Assembly: GCA_050633305.1 (NCBI GenBank)
Contig: JBOEGF010000022.1
Span: 96,001 to 160,000 of the forward strand
DNA from: Nannocystales bacterium
Lineage (GTDB): Bacteria > Myxococcota_A > Polyangia > Nannocystales > Nannocystaceae
Direction: 5' to 3'
Length of the DNA: 64,000 bases
The notes beneath the pieces are model-generated. The model saw only the letters and a program-made list of their open reading frames with translations, did no database searches and was not told the origin of the DNA. This document shows positions 39,861-50,064 of this stretch, in pieces; positions within the stretch are counted from its first letter, which is position 1, and each line of letters begins with the position of its first letter. The position numbers and the translations under genes are program-made.

Positions 39861-41183
39861 CTACCGGAGGTTCGCCACGTAGGTGTCGGTCACCGTCTGT
39901 CGTAGCGACACCTCTGTGCCTGACGTGACGATCTTGGAGTTCACGAAGAGGCACAGCTCCATGTCTTCGGGCAGAAACACGGCGACGCTCTGCTCGAGCC
40001 GACCATCGCCAGGTCCCCATGCGCCGTTCTTGTTGTACAGCCTCCCGGCGGGGGTGGTGATGCGCTGATCGATGCCGAGGTTCTTGTTGAGGAAGTCCGA
40101 GACCTCTGAGGTCGGCACGATGGTCCCCGAGCGCCGGAATGTGCCCATGACATCGAGCACCTCGCTGACCGACATCCGGAACCCCGCGCCGCCGCTGACC
40201 GTCGTGAGGTCGCCAGAGTCCCAGCCGGATCCGCCGGCGGGGTTGTAGGCGAGGGCATCCCCTGCCGCGGGCTTGAACCCCACGTCGGGCACCCCACTGG
40301 GGCCGAAGATGTACCGGTTGCAGTACTCCCGGAACCGGATCGTACTGCGGACATCCCAGATGTGGTCGGTGGAGGTCCCATGGGTATCGCTCTCGTTGAT
40401 CCAGCCGTGCAACACGGGGATCAGCACGCGACACAGGGCGAAGTTGACGTTCTCGTAGCCATACTTCCCGTGCGTGGAGGCGACGCCCTGGGCGACCTTG
40501 GATTTCATCGTCGCGAAGTCTGTCGCAGAGCCGGGGACGCGGAACCCTGTGGTGTGGTTGAGGAGTTGCCGGAACGTGATGTCTTTGACCTTGGCGCCCA
40601 GTGTCCAGTAATCCGGGAGGTAGTCGTAGATGCGATCGGTGAGGTTGCGGTTGGCGCCGCGCAGCTTGTGCACCATGGCCATCGCGGTGAACAGCTTGCT
40701 CACCGAGGCGATGTGCATTCGGGTGTCCATGGTCCAGCCTTGGCCGCCGTTGGTCGGGGTGCGGCCCCACTGCCAAAGCCCGTTGTGCACGACCGTGCCG
40801 CCACGTCGCAGTTGCCACGCGTAGCCCTGGACCGAGTTGGCCAGCTTTGCATGGAGGGCGGGCCCAAACGCATCGATGTCGAGCCTCGGCGCCTTGTCGA
40901 TCTCGCGGAGGGGGCGGCCGAGCTTGACGCGGCGCAGCTTGGCCGAGACACCGGTGTCGGTCACGACCCCGCGGGTGTGGGCGGGACGAATGACGTGGGT
41001 CTTGGCCAGTCGGGCGGTGTTCCGGTCGATCTTCGTGACCTTCGCGGTGCGCGGACGGACCGCCGGCTTCCGCGAGCTGGGCCGAGCGGGGCCGAGCTTG
41101 GGTGCGGCCCCCGCAATTCGGGCGTGGGCGAGAACCGCAGCGGCTGGAAGGCCGGCCATGAAGAAGCGTCGGGTGCGTTTCAT
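39861..41183 (-). CDS. Serine hydrolase (beta-lactamase-like) with Tat-type signal
   Basis: TRRFF, IASVSK, YEN, KNG. Confidence 0.88.
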   Translation of the reverse strand: MKRTRRFFMAGLPAAAVLAHARIAGAAPKLGPARPSSRKPAVRPRTAKVTKIDRNTARLAKTHVIRPAHTRGVVTDTGVSAKLRRVKLGRPLREIDKAPRLDIDAFGPALHAKLANSVQGYAWQLRRGGTVVHNGLWQWGRTPTNGGQGWTMDTRMHIASVSKLFTAMAMVHKLRGANRNLTDRIYDYLPDYWTLGAKVKDITFRQLLNHTTGFRVPGSATDFATMKSKVAQGVASTHGKYGYENVNFALCRVLIPVLHGWINESDTHGTSTDHIWDVRSTIRFREYCNRYIFGPSGVPDVGFKPAAGDALAYNPAGGSGWDSGDLTTVSGGAGFRMSVSEVLDVMGTFRRSGTIVPTSEVSDFLNKNLGIDQRITTPAGRLYNKNGAWGPGDGRLEQSVAVFLPEDMELCLFVNSKIVTSGTEVSLRQTVTDTYVANLR

Positions 41184-41245
41184 CGATCAGATGGATGCAC
41201 AGCTGGAGCTTTGTGACGCGCCGCCGAGTCGATCTTGGTGAGCCG

Positions 41246-42655
41246 TCAGATCAAGGCGCCCAGGACAGCGAACGCGACGGCTGCGACCGCGCCCCCGAGC
41301 AGGGCGTAGGGCAGCTGTGTACGGACATGCTGAATATGATCCGTCGCCGCGGAGAGCGAGGCTACGATGGTGGTGTCGCTGATCGGGGAGCAGTGGTCGC
41401 CGAACACGCCGCCTGCAAGTGATGCGGCGATGAACGGTTCCAGCGGCAGACCCATGGAAGCAGCGGTCGGAACGGCGATCGGGAGCATGATCGCGAACGT
41501 GCCCCAGCTCGAGCCGATCGAGAATGCGACACCGGCCCCGACGACGAACAGGACCGGGAGCAAGACAAAGGTCGGCATCGAGCCAGCGGCGAGTCGCGCG
41601 AGGTAGAGTCCCGTGCCGAGTTCCTTGGCAAGCCCCCCGAGGGCCAACGCGAGCACCAGAATGATGGCGAGCGGAAGCAGGGCACCCGCGCCTTCGAGTG
41701 CGCGGCGGGTGAGCCTGTCGACACTGAGTGCGCCTTGAACCAGCAACATGACCCACGCGGTCGCGAGGGCTCCCGAGGCGGCCCACAGGACGCTGGTAGA
41801 CCCCGAGCCTTTCATGATGTCGCCCTCGCCCGTGACCCACAGGGCAAGCGGCATCGCGGCGACCAGGACGGCAATGGGGACCAGCATGTTGCGCGCCCGC
41901 GGCTCGATCTTCAGCTGCGGGTCGAGCTTTGCTCCGTCGTCGGCCAACGGATGCGAGCCTTCCGCGTGGAGTCTGCCATCGGCGACCCGAGCTTGTGCGG
42001 CTTTCATTGGGCCCAGGTCGATGTTCCACAGGATCGTGGCGACCGCCAGTGCAACCGCCGCCAGCGCGTAGAAGTTGTAGAGCAGTGATCCCAAGAACAC
42101 GCCCAACGCATCCGGGACGCCCAGCCCCTCGAGCAAGCTGAGGTTGTACGCGCCCCATGCGTTGAGAGGGATCAGGATGCAGACCGGCGCGGACGTGGAA
42201 TCGATAATGTAGGCGAGCTTCTCGCGCGAGATCTTGAACCGGTCGAACAGCGGACGGGCGACGGTCCCCGCAACAAGCACTGTCACGTTGGATTCGACGA
42301 AAATCACCACACCCAGGGTCCACGCGAGGAGCTGCGCTCGGCGAGGTGTGCCGACCCATGAGCGCTCCTCGAGGCGATTGACGAATCCCGTCACGCCCCC
42401 TGTGGCCTCCAGGGTTGTGATGAGGGCACCGACGACCAATGTGAACAGAACCACCCGCGCATCGCCGGCGCTTCCGAGGACTGAGACGAGGCGCTCGAGA
42501 CTCGCACCAAGACCCGCGAGGGGATCGAGGCCGGTCAGGAACGTGGAGCCAAGCCAGATGCCGGCGCCCAACGATAGGTACACCTGCCGGGTGACGATCG
42601 CCATGAGGATGGCGAGGACCGGTGGCAGTACGGAGATCCAGGACGGGTCGTCCAC
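41246..42655 (-). CDS. Na+/H+ antiporter NhaC family transporter
   Basis: SREKLAYIIDST, GSSWGTF, GDHCSPISDTT, HVRTQLPYA. Confidence 0.92.
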   Translation of the reverse strand: MDDPSWISVLPPVLAILMAIVTRQVYLSLGAGIWLGSTFLTGLDPLAGLGASLERLVSVLGSAGDARVVLFTLVVGALITTLEATGGVTGFVNRLEERSWVGTPRRAQLLAWTLGVVIFVESNVTVLVAGTVARPLFDRFKISREKLAYIIDSTSAPVCILIPLNAWGAYNLSLLEGLGVPDALGVFLGSLLYNFYALAAVALAVATILWNIDLGPMKAAQARVADGRLHAEGSHPLADDGAKLDPQLKIEPRARNMLVPIAVLVAAMPLALWVTGEGDIMKGSGSTSVLWAASGALATAWVMLLVQGALSVDRLTRRALEGAGALLPLAIILVLALALGGLAKELGTGLYLARLAAGSMPTFVLLPVLFVVGAGVAFSIGSSWGTFAIMLPIAVPTAASMGLPLEPFIAASLAGGVFGDHCSPISDTTIVASLSAATDHIQHVRTQLPYALLGGAVAAVAFAVLGALI

Positions 42656-43613
42656 TGCCCTCCACTATAGGCGAGGGCGCCGAAGCTGCTCCACCGCAGG
42701 TCTGCGGGTTCAGCTCTCTCGGACGCGAAGGGGCGCGACACCGGCACAGCTGAGCTCCTAGCGGCAGCGCAGGCTGCGGTACCCCGTCGACAGAACCCGT
42801 CTCAGGCGGAGGTCTGATGCCGGTGGCGTACCCGAGCTCGGGGCCACGGAAGCCCGAGCGGACAGACGCCGGGCTCCGGGGTCTGTGCTCCGTGGCTGGC
42901 GGGCCCGCGCCCGAGGGCTTTGACTTGCAGCCCGCGCACCCCGACCTTCCATCCTGGCTGTGTACGCGGGCACCCAGTGACCCGGGCCGTCTTCGGCTGC
43001 TGCTCTTGGCCGCGCTCCGTTTCGAGGAGCGCGCACCAACACGGTGGAGCAGGAATCCGCATCGAGTGAACCCCGCTCGCGAATCCGATGACGACCTTCC
43101 TCATCGTCGACGAGGCGAGCGACTCGGACAGCGGTTTGGACAATCCGCCTGAAGGCACATTGCCGGTTCCTGCCACCGGGTGTGGGAATCGAAGAACCGT
43201 CGGCCGTCCGATTCGCGAGAGAGGCAGGGGGTGTTCGCCGCATCTTTAGAGATACGAATCGGGGGCACCGGGAGCGGGGAAGAGGGGATCCTTTGAGGGG
43301 ACCACGAGCCCATTCGCCAAACATCCTGCTCCTGTGGACTGGTCAGACCCGCCAGCGGCTGCGCGGGTTGCCCTGTTTTCTCATCAGCCCCCGGCCGGAC
43401 ATTGTGGATAGAGCGAGTTCCGGCCGGCTTGCTCGGTGTCCGGAAACCGAACATTTGGGCCCGGCCGGCTGTTTGAGCATTGCAGAATCCGCGATGGCGC
43501 ACCCCGGGATGTCAACTGCGGACATCTATAAAGAAGGTAGGATTGAGCTGCGCCGACCGGCCGGTTTGGGAGCGCCGCGATTTCACGAATACGAGAAACG
43601 TCTCATTCACGTG

Positions 43614-43637
43614 CCCATATTTTGGTCAAGATATGGG
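43614..43637. promoter_or_regulatory. Near-perfect palindrome in an AT-richer intergenic stretch
   Basis: CCCATAT-TTTGGTCAAG-ATATGGG. Confidence 0.4.
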
Positions 43638-44538
43638 TGGATAAATTCTCTCATTCGGCTACAACGGCATACATGGAAACGTTGTTCCGTCGCCTCCAGC
43701 GACTTCGTGCTGAAACGCCGCGCATCTCACGTGGCTTCAGTACGTCGTTCGGCGCACGGAACCGAGGAGATAGAAAAAAGTTTTCTGTTTCGCGAAGGTT
43801 GCGGTCCGCAAACGCCATAGAGGTGGGTCTCGCTCCTACTCTCATGAACGAATGCGAGCCCACCGGCCTGGTTTCAGCCTCCTTTTGTGTGCTGTCCACC
43901 TATTCCTTCGCGCAGGAGATCGACGAAAAATCCGTGGGCCGATCCCGCCGATTCGTGTCCTCCCTCGACCTTCTTCGATGCCGGCCGACTGGGCCATCGG
44001 GTTCGGCCGAAACTACCGAAACCGACACTTCGGCTCGACAGATAAGCGGTGCTGAAAAATGGGCGAGCGCCGAGGCTCCATCCGAGCTCGACGTCCGCAA
44101 GGCCCGCAAGGGCGGGGCAGATGTTCATCGTCTCCTCGCCTGTCCATGCTCTTTTCAACCAACCCGTCCGGCTGTCGCTTGGGCGGGTTCTCGTGTGTTC
44201 GGGGATTGTTCATTCTCAGGCTCATCAGCCGAGGAATGCTCTCCTTCTAATCCTGGGGTGCCGACGAGGTACCCACCAACAGAATCGCTTTAGTGCAGGT
44301 TGCCATCACTTTGCAGCAGTCACTAAACCGATCCTGATTGCCTGATTCGAATCGGGCCCGAGCCCGGCCGCGCCGTGGTTCGAGCTTCCCGTGCCAGGGG
44401 TTCGAAACAGACGTCCGTTGTCTACCCAAACTACGGCCAGATGGCGTGGTCTAGGCGGTTGCGGCCTTGTTTTCAGGCGTTTGGGTGTTCGGGCGGTGTC
44501 AGTTCAGTCACCCGTCCTCGGTGCTTATCGGAGTCGTC

Positions 44539-46224
44539 ATGATCCAGCGAAAAACACAATCTTCTTTGTCCGGGGTGGGCACTCTTCTTTCCGCGTCCCT
44601 TCTTACAGCCGCGATCGGGCTGGGGGGCTGCACGCAGGAACCGGGGGAGGTCGTCTATCGTTCCTCGACGCCGGCTCCGGTGGACGACAACAACGAGCTC
44701 GGCCTGTATGTGGCGCAATGCGAGGCAGTCCTGGGCCCGATCCCCGAGATTAGCTGTGACCCCGAGAACCCGGCTCCAGGGACGCACGTGTCCCGTATTC
44801 CGGTGTTCTCTGACGGTATGCTGCTGGGGTTTGGCGGGGACTGGGACGGGGCCGAGTTTGAACGGCGCGCCGAAGAGGAGGACTACTCGTGCGACTTCCC
44901 CAGCCTCGGTGGAGACTTCGCGTGTTCGGTCGGCTCCACGCTCGTCCAGTACAGCAATGACGACAACCCGAACGTGCAGTGGGTCGGCTTGTGCCGGGGC
45001 GTGGGGGAAGACACCCCTGACTATGACCGTTTCATCGGAAACGGCTTGATCGGCGCCAACACGGTCACCGGTGAGATGTGCTTCTTCTTCGGAGCCAACG
45101 AGGACACCGACGAGGACTACGTGCTGCCGAAGCTGACCTCCGATGTGGATTCGAACGAGGACCTGAAACCATGGCTTCCGCCCGCGGAAATGCCGGGTTC
45201 CTGTCTCTCGTGCCACCCCAACAACGACCCATGGGTGATGACGCCGTGGCTTCAGCCCAGCTACATGGCGCAGCTGCTCACCAGCGATGATTACCCTCTG
45301 ACGCTTCCTGAGGGGGTCGAACTGACCGACGTAATGGCGGCGCAGCACATCCGCCAGACCCCGTACAAGACGATGCTTCCCGAGGCGCTGCCCAGCGGGC
45401 GGACGGCCTGGACCGAAGAGGAGATCTTCGGCGAAGACGGTGTGCTCCTGAAGCGTCAGTACCGTGCTGTCGGGTCCAGCTACGTCGCTGCGGAAGCCGC
45501 GGGCACCGTCGCACCCCGCAAAGGGGCTGCAGACCCTCGGTGGAGCATCAACTTCCGCGAGCGTCTTCAGCTGCAGCCCGCCGAAAGCAGCTGCGCGAGT
45601 GGTTGCCACGCCACGGCAAACTCGTACTTCGAAACCCTCGCGTACGACTCGCTGGGCGACAAATACGCCACCAAATACCTCTCGGACGGCATGTCTGATC
45701 GCGCGCTCCAAGACACTTGGATGCCGCTGGGCGGTGGTCCCGTCGAGCATTGGGAAGAGATGTTCGAGTCGGCCGAGGCGACGATTCCCGCGATTACCGA
45801 GTGCCCGATTCCCAAGCAGCTCGATACGCCCGTCGCCATCTCGGTGACCTGCGGAGACGGTGCTCCCGAGGCTGAGCTTCGCTGGACCTACGTCAACGAC
45901 TACGGCGGTGTGCCCGGCCGGGACGATGTCCGCTTCGACGTCGCGCTCTCGTTCGGCACCGGAAGTGGGAAACTGGGAATTGCCGGCAGTGGCAGTCCCG
46001 AAGGTGTCCGGATGGACGCACCCTCGGAGAACGTGATGATCCTGCGTGATGTCGCGCCGGAACCGGGGACCGACGAATACCGGGTCGTGGTCCCGTTCTC
46101 CGAAGATGCACCACTGCTCCACGTCGACGTCCAGCCCAAGCGGTTCTGCTTCGAGGAGCCGGACCGGCGTCCGTTCGCGTACGCGCGGCCCGAAGCTGTG
46201 CGGGTCGAATCCTCGTGTGAGTGA
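44539..46224 (+). CDS. c-type cytochrome-like lipoprotein of unknown family
   Basis: Lipobox LGGC; CLSCH and atypical CASGCH. Confidence 0.75.
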   Translation: MIQRKTQSSLSGVGTLLSASLLTAAIGLGGCTQEPGEVVYRSSTPAPVDDNNELGLYVAQCEAVLGPIPEISCDPENPAPGTHVSRIPVFSDGMLLGFGGDWDGAEFERRAEEEDYSCDFPSLGGDFACSVGSTLVQYSNDDNPNVQWVGLCRGVGEDTPDYDRFIGNGLIGANTVTGEMCFFFGANEDTDEDYVLPKLTSDVDSNEDLKPWLPPAEMPGSCLSCHPNNDPWVMTPWLQPSYMAQLLTSDDYPLTLPEGVELTDVMAAQHIRQTPYKTMLPEALPSGRTAWTEEEIFGEDGVLLKRQYRAVGSSYVAAEAAGTVAPRKGAADPRWSINFRERLQLQPAESSCASGCHATANSYFETLAYDSLGDKYATKYLSDGMSDRALQDTWMPLGGGPVEHWEEMFESAEATIPAITECPIPKQLDTPVAISVTCGDGAPEAELRWTYVNDYGGVPGRDDVRFDVALSFGTGSGKLGIAGSGSPEGVRMDAPSENVMILRDVAPEPGTDEYRVVVPFSEDAPLLHVDVQPKRFCFEEPDRRPFAYARPEAVRVESSCE

Positions 46225-46250
46225 ACCGCGGACCGCTGAAACCGTCGATA

Positions 46251-46285
46251 GGCGAGGGTGGAGGCCGATGGTGCCCACCCTCGCC
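46251..46285 (+). terminator. 11-bp hairpin downstream of the heme lipoprotein
   Basis: GGCGAGGGTGG...CCACCCTCGCC. Confidence 0.5.
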
Positions 46286-47719
46286 CTCGCGTTTGGACCG
46301 GCCGAGAGCGCTGCGACAGCTCTCGTTTCACCGAGCTCGGTTGGATCGAGCCGCCGGCGGTGGACTTCGGTGGAGTGGAATGCGTAATGCTACGCACCAT
46401 TCGGCGTCCGACCGGGGCTGCGTTCCAGGGGCGCCAGCGCGAGCCCCTGTGAGACCTCAATGCCAGCAGCCGCCGGCTCGCTGGCGCCGTCGTTTGAGGG
46501 GAACCGTCCCCTTTTCAGTCTTGCCCGCAGGGAACTCCGTGACCGATGCTGCTGTCTTTCAGCGCATCGTTTTCTCGCTGCAGCGTCGAATCGGGCCGCC
46601 TCGAGCCTGCCGGAATCGACTGAGCGAATGGAGTGCCACGCGGCAGGCCTTGTCGCACGGCTCGGCAGGCGCGCTCTGTCGAGGCAGCACCTGGGGTGTG
46701 CAGCGCCGCCTCGAGCCGCTGACGCGCTGATCCCAGGCGACCCTGGTCGACCGTTCTATGATGATTCCCCTCGGCGAGGTGGATGGATAGGGGTCCCCGC
46801 TGGCGTGTCGGCTCAATCGGCAGGTGATTGAATCGACGCCCGCCCGTGGGCTTTGGATGTGAAGACCGTCGGGCATCAAGCCTGGTCTCCTGTTCGGTGT
46901 ACTCCTCGGCCGGGCCAAGAAAACAGCCAGCTGGCCGCCCCGGGGAGTGCGCATTGGGGACGACGGCCAGAAAGCCCTGAGGCCGAAAGCCCGCTGGTGT
47001 CGACAATCCGGCCTGCCGGAATAACCTCAGGCTCGTAGGAATCGATCCCGCGGAGTCAAGAACGGGTGAATCTTTTCGACCGGCCGACCGCAAGAAGCGA
47101 GATCTCCCAAAGAATCTCGATGGTGGAATTACGAGATGGGAAACCGAGACCAAGGACCGGAGCCGGACCGGGCACGGTGGGCCGTGGCGATCTCGAAGTC
47201 GAGGTGAAGGACGACCCCGGCAAATGCTCGTTGTGTTTGGAGGTCCTGGCCCGGTGCGCGGCTTGATCTTGACAAAGGACTGCAGAACGTCGTTCTGCCT
47301 GATTCGCAATAGTGGATCGAGCGAGTTCGACGCACGGACTCTGCGGATCCGGGCTGGGGGCGCGAGCCCACCGAGGCCCAACGGCGAAGCCGGTAGGGGT
47401 GCCGTCGCTCGTGAGCAGTTGCGTGGTCTGGGGTCGCGATCGGGAGCGGCTCGGGACACGCCGGGGAGCGTCGCGCGCCTGCAATCAACACCGACGAGAG
47501 GCCGCAGTGCTCGTGCCGAGAGCACTGATAATCCGGACACAGGCGCGACCGGCTACCACCACGCCGGAATGCCGTCACCAGACTGGTTGACCGCATTCGG
47601 GGTTCCCACTATAGCTATTCGGGCCCTGACTGCCCCTCTCCGCGCGAGAACGAGCGCGGCTTCTGACAGCGCCCGCCCGTGCACGTGCGGGGCTGACGCA
47701 GACAGGGCTGCACTGAACG

Positions 47720-49108
47720 ATGGAACCTGTACTGTCCCCGCCGACAACTTTTGCCTTCCTCCGCACCGCGCGTTTGATGCTCTCTGGGACATTGGTCGCA
47801 GCAGCTCTCGGCGGGTGTTCGTCCGAGTCTCCGCCGCCTGCTACCGAGGTCGCTGATACCGATGCCGTCGAGGAAGAGACTGACACCGAAGCCGAGCTCG
47901 ACCCCAGTATCTTCTCCGACAAGGAGATCGAGATCATTCTGGCGTGGCTCGGGCCGCTTCCCGATGCGCCGCCGCCGGACCTGAGCAACGCGTACGCGGA
48001 TGACCCCGCCGCTGCGGCTTTGGGCCTGAAGCTGTTCTTCGACAGCCGATACTCGGGCAACGGAGAGGTTTCATGCGCGACGTGCCACGAACCCGCTGAC
48101 GCGTTTGGTGACTCGCGGTCCAACACCTCATTGGGCATTTCGGTGACGGGGCGAGCGTCCATTGCGTTGTTCAACGGAGCCTATGGTGCTGCGGCGGAGA
48201 ACGAGACGAACTGGCAGTTGTGGGACGGTCGCGCGGATAGCCAATGGGGGCAGGCGCTTGGTCCACCGGAGAGCGGGGTGGTCATGGGCGGCACACGCTC
48301 GGGCATCGCGCTGCTGATCTTCGACGAGTACGCGGAGGAGTACGAAGCCATCTTCGGGCCGCTTCCCGAGTTGCGGGATGAGGCGGGGGACCCGGTCGTG
48401 GACCCGACGCTCAAACCGGGGGAAGAGGGATGGGATGCGCTCCCGCAGGACATGCGTGACTCGATCACGGAGGTGTACGTCAACTTCGGAAAGAGTCTCG
48501 CGGCCTACGAGAGACTTCTCGTGAGTCGCGATTCACGGTTTGACGAGTTTTGGACCGCCCTGTCTCAGGGGGACACTGAGAGCGACGCGCTTACGGAGCA
48601 AGAGCGGCACGGCTTGCGGGTGTTTATCGGGAAGGGGCGCTGTCTCGGATGTCACAGTGGTCCGAACTTTACGGACAATCAGTTTCATAATATTGGCATC
48701 GCGCAAAGCGGTGAGAATATTCCCGAGAATGACGAGGGGCGTATTGCTGGTGTTGGGAAACTTCTCGGCAATAGCTTCAACTGTGCCAGCGAATGGAGTG
48801 ATCACCCGGATCCGACTCAGTGCGCAGTGGAGACCCTGCAGGGCGGGGAGCTGGGCGCGTTCAGAACGCCAACGTTGCGCAGTGTGAGCCTGAGCCCGCC
48901 GTACATGCACACCGGAAACTTCGCCAGCTTGGAGGCGGTCATTCAGCACTACGACCTCGGGGGAGCCGCCAACGGCAGTTTCGATGGGGTTCGAGACGAG
49001 CTGATGCGGCCGCTATCTCTCGACGCACACGAACGGCAGGCGCTGGTCGCTTTCCTGCGCGCGCTCGAGGGCGCACCGCTGGACGAAGCCTTGATGGGGC
49101 CGCAATGA
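47720..49108 (+). CDS. Diheme cytochrome c peroxidase/MauG family lipoprotein
   Basis: LFFDSRYS, CATCH, LWDGRA, CLGCH, FRTPTLR, PYMHTG; lipobox LGGC. Confidence 0.92.
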   Translation: MEPVLSPPTTFAFLRTARLMLSGTLVAAALGGCSSESPPPATEVADTDAVEEETDTEAELDPSIFSDKEIEIILAWLGPLPDAPPPDLSNAYADDPAAAALGLKLFFDSRYSGNGEVSCATCHEPADAFGDSRSNTSLGISVTGRASIALFNGAYGAAAENETNWQLWDGRADSQWGQALGPPESGVVMGGTRSGIALLIFDEYAEEYEAIFGPLPELRDEAGDPVVDPTLKPGEEGWDALPQDMRDSITEVYVNFGKSLAAYERLLVSRDSRFDEFWTALSQGDTESDALTEQERHGLRVFIGKGRCLGCHSGPNFTDNQFHNIGIAQSGENIPENDEGRIAGVGKLLGNSFNCASEWSDHPDPTQCAVETLQGGELGAFRTPTLRSVSLSPPYMHTGNFASLEAVIQHYDLGGAANGSFDGVRDELMRPLSLDAHERQALVAFLRALEGAPLDEALMGPQ

Positions 49109-50064
49109 CGATCGAACCACACAAGAATCCGGAGCTACGGGCGCTGGGCCTGCGTGCCTTGACCACGGCGGGGACCGTCGCGTTCTACGTCGCCTCGTGC
49201 CTGAGTCCGAACGCCGTCCTCGCGGCGCCAGCTGCCGAGGGAGAGGGCGAGTCGCCCGGTGCTGCCCGGGACGAGCAGCCCGTCGGAGGGGTGGATACAC
49301 CGGACAGCGAGGTGAGCGATTCGGGTAGAGCCCAGGCTCTCCGACGTGTCGCCGAAGATCGATTCTTCGAAGAAGACTACGAGGGCGCACTGGAGGCGTT
49401 CTCCGAGGCGATGGAACTCTCACCGCACTCGACGGACCTGTTCAACATGGGCAGGATTCACGAAGAGATGGGGGACCTGCCCGAGGCGTTGCAGCGCTAC
49501 GAGCAGTTCGTGTCTCAACCGAGGATCCCGCTGGAGGAGCGAGCGGCTGCTGCCGACCGCATCGAAGTCCTTCGCAAGCTGGTCAAGGACGAAGAGCCGG
49601 CCTCGACCGCGGATTCTGGCGATGCCGCGGCGGCCGCTCGTGCGGATGAACTGGCGGACCGGGCATACCGAGACGAGCGACGGGCGCAGACCCGGCTTCT
49701 CTCCGCTGGAGCTGCCGTCGCCGCACTGGGCGCGGCGGTCGGAGTCGGTGGGGGCGTGGGCTTCGGCATCGTCGCCCGTCGGAACAGCGACAAGATTGAC
49801 GACCTGTCTGCGGGCCAGAACCCCGGCCGTCTGACTCTCCGAGAAGCCGAGGACCTCGAAGCCCGAGGCCGTGACTTCGAGACGATGCAGATCGCAGCCA
49901 TGGCGACCGGTGGTGCGATGCTGACCGCAGGCGTGGTGATGATCATCGTCGCGCAAGAGCGTCGTAGCAAGGCCGATCGCGCTCGCGGGCGCACCAGCCG
50001 GCGCTCCATTTCCCCTGTCCTCTCATCCCGGACCGTTGGCGTCCGGGCTCGCTGGAGCTTCTGA
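49105..50064 (+). CDS. Exported TPR protein with C-terminal membrane/OM segment
   Basis: LFNMGRIHEEMG TPR; ATGA overlap with the peroxidase; ends RWSF. Confidence 0.82.
   Translation: MTIEPHKNPELRALGLRALTTAGTVAFYVASCLSPNAVLAAPAAEGEGESPGAARDEQPVGGVDTPDSEVSDSGRAQALRRVAEDRFFEEDYEGALEAFSEAMELSPHSTDLFNMGRIHEEMGDLPEALQRYEQFVSQPRIPLEERAAAADRIEVLRKLVKDEEPASTADSGDAAAAARADELADRAYRDERRAQTRLLSAGAAVAALGAAVGVGGGVGFGIVARRNSDKIDDLSAGQNPGRLTLREAEDLEARGRDFETMQIAAMATGGAMLTAGVVMIIVAQERRSKADRARGRTSRRSISPVLSSRTVGVRARWSF

Noticed and set aside
43400..43650. oriC or dif site
   Set aside because: Only two imperfect DnaA-like boxes and no dnaA/dnaN nearby; the palindrome lacks a XerD-type TTATGTTAAAT arm
44440..44465. 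Sigma-54 promoter before the heme lipoprotein
   Set aside because: GG-N10-GC is present but lacks the TTGC context; the alternative spacing is 11 nt
46975..46995. Hammerhead-like CTGA..GAAA
   Set aside because: Core CUGANGA and the required stems are absent
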